A stretch of 42,419 bases of DNA from a virus. The stretch covers positions 1-42,419 of the IMG/VR virus record IMGVR_UViG_3300045988_017232. One strand, 5' to 3'. The position numbers were made by a program, and so were the translations under genes. Below are positions 40,709 through 42,419 of this stretch, piece after piece; within the stretch, counting starts at the first letter, position 1; every line of letters begins with the position of its first letter. The notes beneath the pieces were generated by a model. That model did no database searches, was not told where the DNA came from, and saw only the letters and a list, made by a program, of their open reading frames with translations.

Positions 40709-40850
40709 GCGCAGGCGACCGGGAGCCGTCTGTATCTGAAGCATGGCATACGCCGGTTGGGTTTGTAAACCTGTCGGGTTGGTTTTCAGCGTAGGTTTTT
40801 CTGAAATCTTACTGCCACAGGTGTGGTTTTTATATATGGAGGGATGGTTT

Positions 40851-41261
40851 TTGTCAGAAAAATTGTGGGAAACATGCCGCGAAGCAAAGGACACCATGCA
40901 GCCGCATAAGACGAATCAGGATATCGCTGACGAATCCGGCGTATCCGTCAATGCCGTCAGCCAATTCCTGCGCGGCGAGACTACGAAGCCGTACATTAAT
41001 ACCGTCGGCCCGATTTGCGCATCCCTCGGCGTATCAATGGATGAGCATTTCGGCGTCCCGCCTGCCGAGCCTGCCGAGCCTTCCGATGCCGAAAAACTCC
41101 GCGCCGAGACCGCAGCCCTTCGCGCGCAGCTTGCCCAGCAGCAGAAGTCCCTGCACATGCACCGGCTTGTGACGCTCATCCTCTTGGGTATTCTTTTGCT
41201 GTGTGCCCTTGCGCTTGTGGCCGACGTGCTCATCCCATCGATCGGCTGGATCCGCACATGA
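40851..41261 (+). CDS. Membrane-anchored XRE-family HTH protein (136 aa)
   Basis: GGAGGG lies 7 nt upstream of the TTG at 40851 (alternative ATG at 40836). HTH NQDIADESGVSVNAVSQFLRGE, a coiled coil, and a C-terminal TM LVTLILLGILLLCALALVADVLI. Confidence 0.65.
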   Translation: MSEKLWETCREAKDTMQPHKTNQDIADESGVSVNAVSQFLRGETTKPYINTVGPICASLGVSMDEHFGVPPAEPAEPSDAEKLRAETAALRAQLAQQQKSLHMHRLVTLILLGILLLCALALVADVLIPSIGWIRT

Positions 41262-41313
41262 AAATTACCGCCCCGGCCCGATCAGCCGGAGCGGTATTCT
41301 TGGAGGTTTTACG

Positions 41314-42336
41314 ATGCCAATTCCCAAATACTACGTCAGGCCGGACGGCCTGCATGAATCCATCATCACAGTCAATGGCAAGCGCAAAGCGTTTCGCGGC
41401 AAGACAGACCGCGAAGTCTGGAACAAGATCAAGGCATACCGCGCTGAAGCCGAGAAGCCAAAGACCGTCCCGTTCTCCGACGTCGCCCACGCCTGGTGGA
41501 ACGAGATCGAGCCAACGCTTGCGCCGAATTCCCTGCGCAATTATTCCCCTGCCTATGAGCGCGCCGTCGCGCAGTTTGGCCTGGAGGATGTCGCCACGAT
41601 CACAAGCAAAGAGATTGAGACGTACATCAACCAGTTTGCCAAGACCCACGCAAAAAAGACCGTTATCACCCAGCGCCAGATCATCCGGCAGATCCTGAAT
41701 AAAGCCCAGCGCGAAGGTTACGTCTCTTTTAACGCTGCGCAGGCAGTTCTTCTCCCGAAGAACCTTCCGCAGAAGCGCCGCCACGCGCCGCCCGCTGATC
41801 AGATCCAGAAGATCAAGGACAACCTAAACGACGACTTCGGCCTGTTTGCCTTCCTGATCTATTATACCGGCTGCCGCCGCGGCGAGGCCGAGGGCTTGCG
41901 CTACGAGGACATTGACCGGGAGAAGGGCCGGATCTACATCCGCCGCAGCGTCTACCATACCGGTCCGACGCCCCAGATCAAGGAGCCGAAGACTGCCGCC
42001 GGCATCCGCCCCGTTCCGTTGCTCCCAGCGTTGGCCGCTGCGCTTCCGCAAAAGGAGCACGGCTATATCTTTTCCAACGACGGCGGAAAAAGTCCGCTCC
42101 CCGGCTGGTTCGTCACCGACCAATTCGACGCCTACCGCAAGCGCACGGGCATCACCGTCTCCCCTCATGAGATCCGCCACGGCTACGCGACCGCGCTCTA
42201 CGAGGCCGGCGTGGACTTCAAACTCGCTCAAAAATTCCTCGGCCACGCGCAGCTCTCCACCACCATGGATATCTATACCGACATCCTCGATACCCGCATT
42301 GACAAAGTCGCCGCCCAGATGGACGCGGCCTTTTAA
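41314..42336 (+). CDS. int: Tyrosine recombinase / phage integrase (340 aa)
   Basis: GGAGG lies 8 nt upstream of the ATG at 41314. Catalytic pattern TGCRRGE...HEIRHGYAT...LGHAQLSTTMDIY. N-terminal SAM-like domain. Confidence 0.9.
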   Translation: MPIPKYYVRPDGLHESIITVNGKRKAFRGKTDREVWNKIKAYRAEAEKPKTVPFSDVAHAWWNEIEPTLAPNSLRNYSPAYERAVAQFGLEDVATITSKEIETYINQFAKTHAKKTVITQRQIIRQILNKAQREGYVSFNAAQAVLLPKNLPQKRRHAPPADQIQKIKDNLNDDFGLFAFLIYYTGCRRGEAEGLRYEDIDREKGRIYIRRSVYHTGPTPQIKEPKTAAGIRPVPLLPALAAALPQKEHGYIFSNDGGKSPLPGWFVTDQFDAYRKRTGITVSPHEIRHGYATALYEAGVDFKLAQKFLGHAQLSTTMDIYTDILDTRIDKVAAQMDAAF

Positions 42337-42340
42337 TTGC

Positions 42341-42419
42341 ACTTTTTTACTGTGTCGGTCACTGTGTTCATACCCGTGTATTTTCGTGCTAGGATATGCT
42401 ACGTTTTGCTACCTTGCAA
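42341..42419. repeat. 79-nt terminal direct repeat, right copy
   Basis: Identical to 1-79. It begins 4 nt after the integrase stop codon. Confidence 0.95.

Larger units (their letters stand above)
1..42340. mobile_element. Self-contained temperate phage genome (integrase, CI-like repressor, terminase, portal, capsid, lysis); unit length 42,340 bp
   Basis: Full functional set runs from integrase (41314-42336) round to an attP-like region (1-288). The terminal 79 nt are duplicated. No host-type genes are present. Confidence 0.85.

Overview
The window is one self-contained temperate phage genome. Its unit length is 42,340 bp, and nt 1-79 recur exactly at 42341-42419. There are no host housekeeping genes, no rRNA, no intact tRNA and no CRISPR array.

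About 90% of the genome reads leftward on the minus strand, in this order:
- Immunity switch at about 38.75 kb.
- Early operon of small, often ATGA-coupled ORFs (38714 down to about 28.3 kb). It includes PcfK-/PcfJ-/DUF3102-like genes, ASCH, DUF551-like, a Lar-like fusion, DUF1064-like, MazG-like and N4-gp49-like genes.
- An HUH Rep-like gene.
- terS and terL.
- Three tail-like genes.
- Portal, scaffold and an N4-gp56-type capsid gene.
- A 388-aa protein and a 2,621-aa virion protein.
- A collagen-like fibre and a second, DUF6273-like fibre.
- XhlA, holin and an NlpC/P60 endolysin.
- A small HTH ORF and a strong terminator.
- A three-gene cassette next to an attP-like region.

The visibly more AT-rich plus-strand lysogeny block (38861-42336) encodes a CI-like repressor, a membrane protein, an NYN-domain nuclease, a membrane-anchored XRE HTH protein and a tyrosine integrase. 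There is no tube, sheath or tape-measure gene, so the virion looks podovirus-like.

The items I consider most worth follow-up are:
1. The self-contained membrane-protein + NYN-nuclease cassette in the lysogeny block.
2. The HUH Rep-like gene beside two 51-nt hairpin repeats that bracket the gp49-like gene.
3. A 378-nt hairpin-dense non-coding island in the early operon.
4. The 2,621-aa polyvalent-type virion protein, which carries an HExxH motif.
5. The terminator-insulated post-lysis cassette with phased direct repeats.
6. A promoter-less duplicate of the early leader that brackets a segment holding an antisense Cys-rich ORF.

All family names are motif-level recognition from memory. No database search, fold prediction or statistics were run, and start codons were chosen by reading SD spacing.
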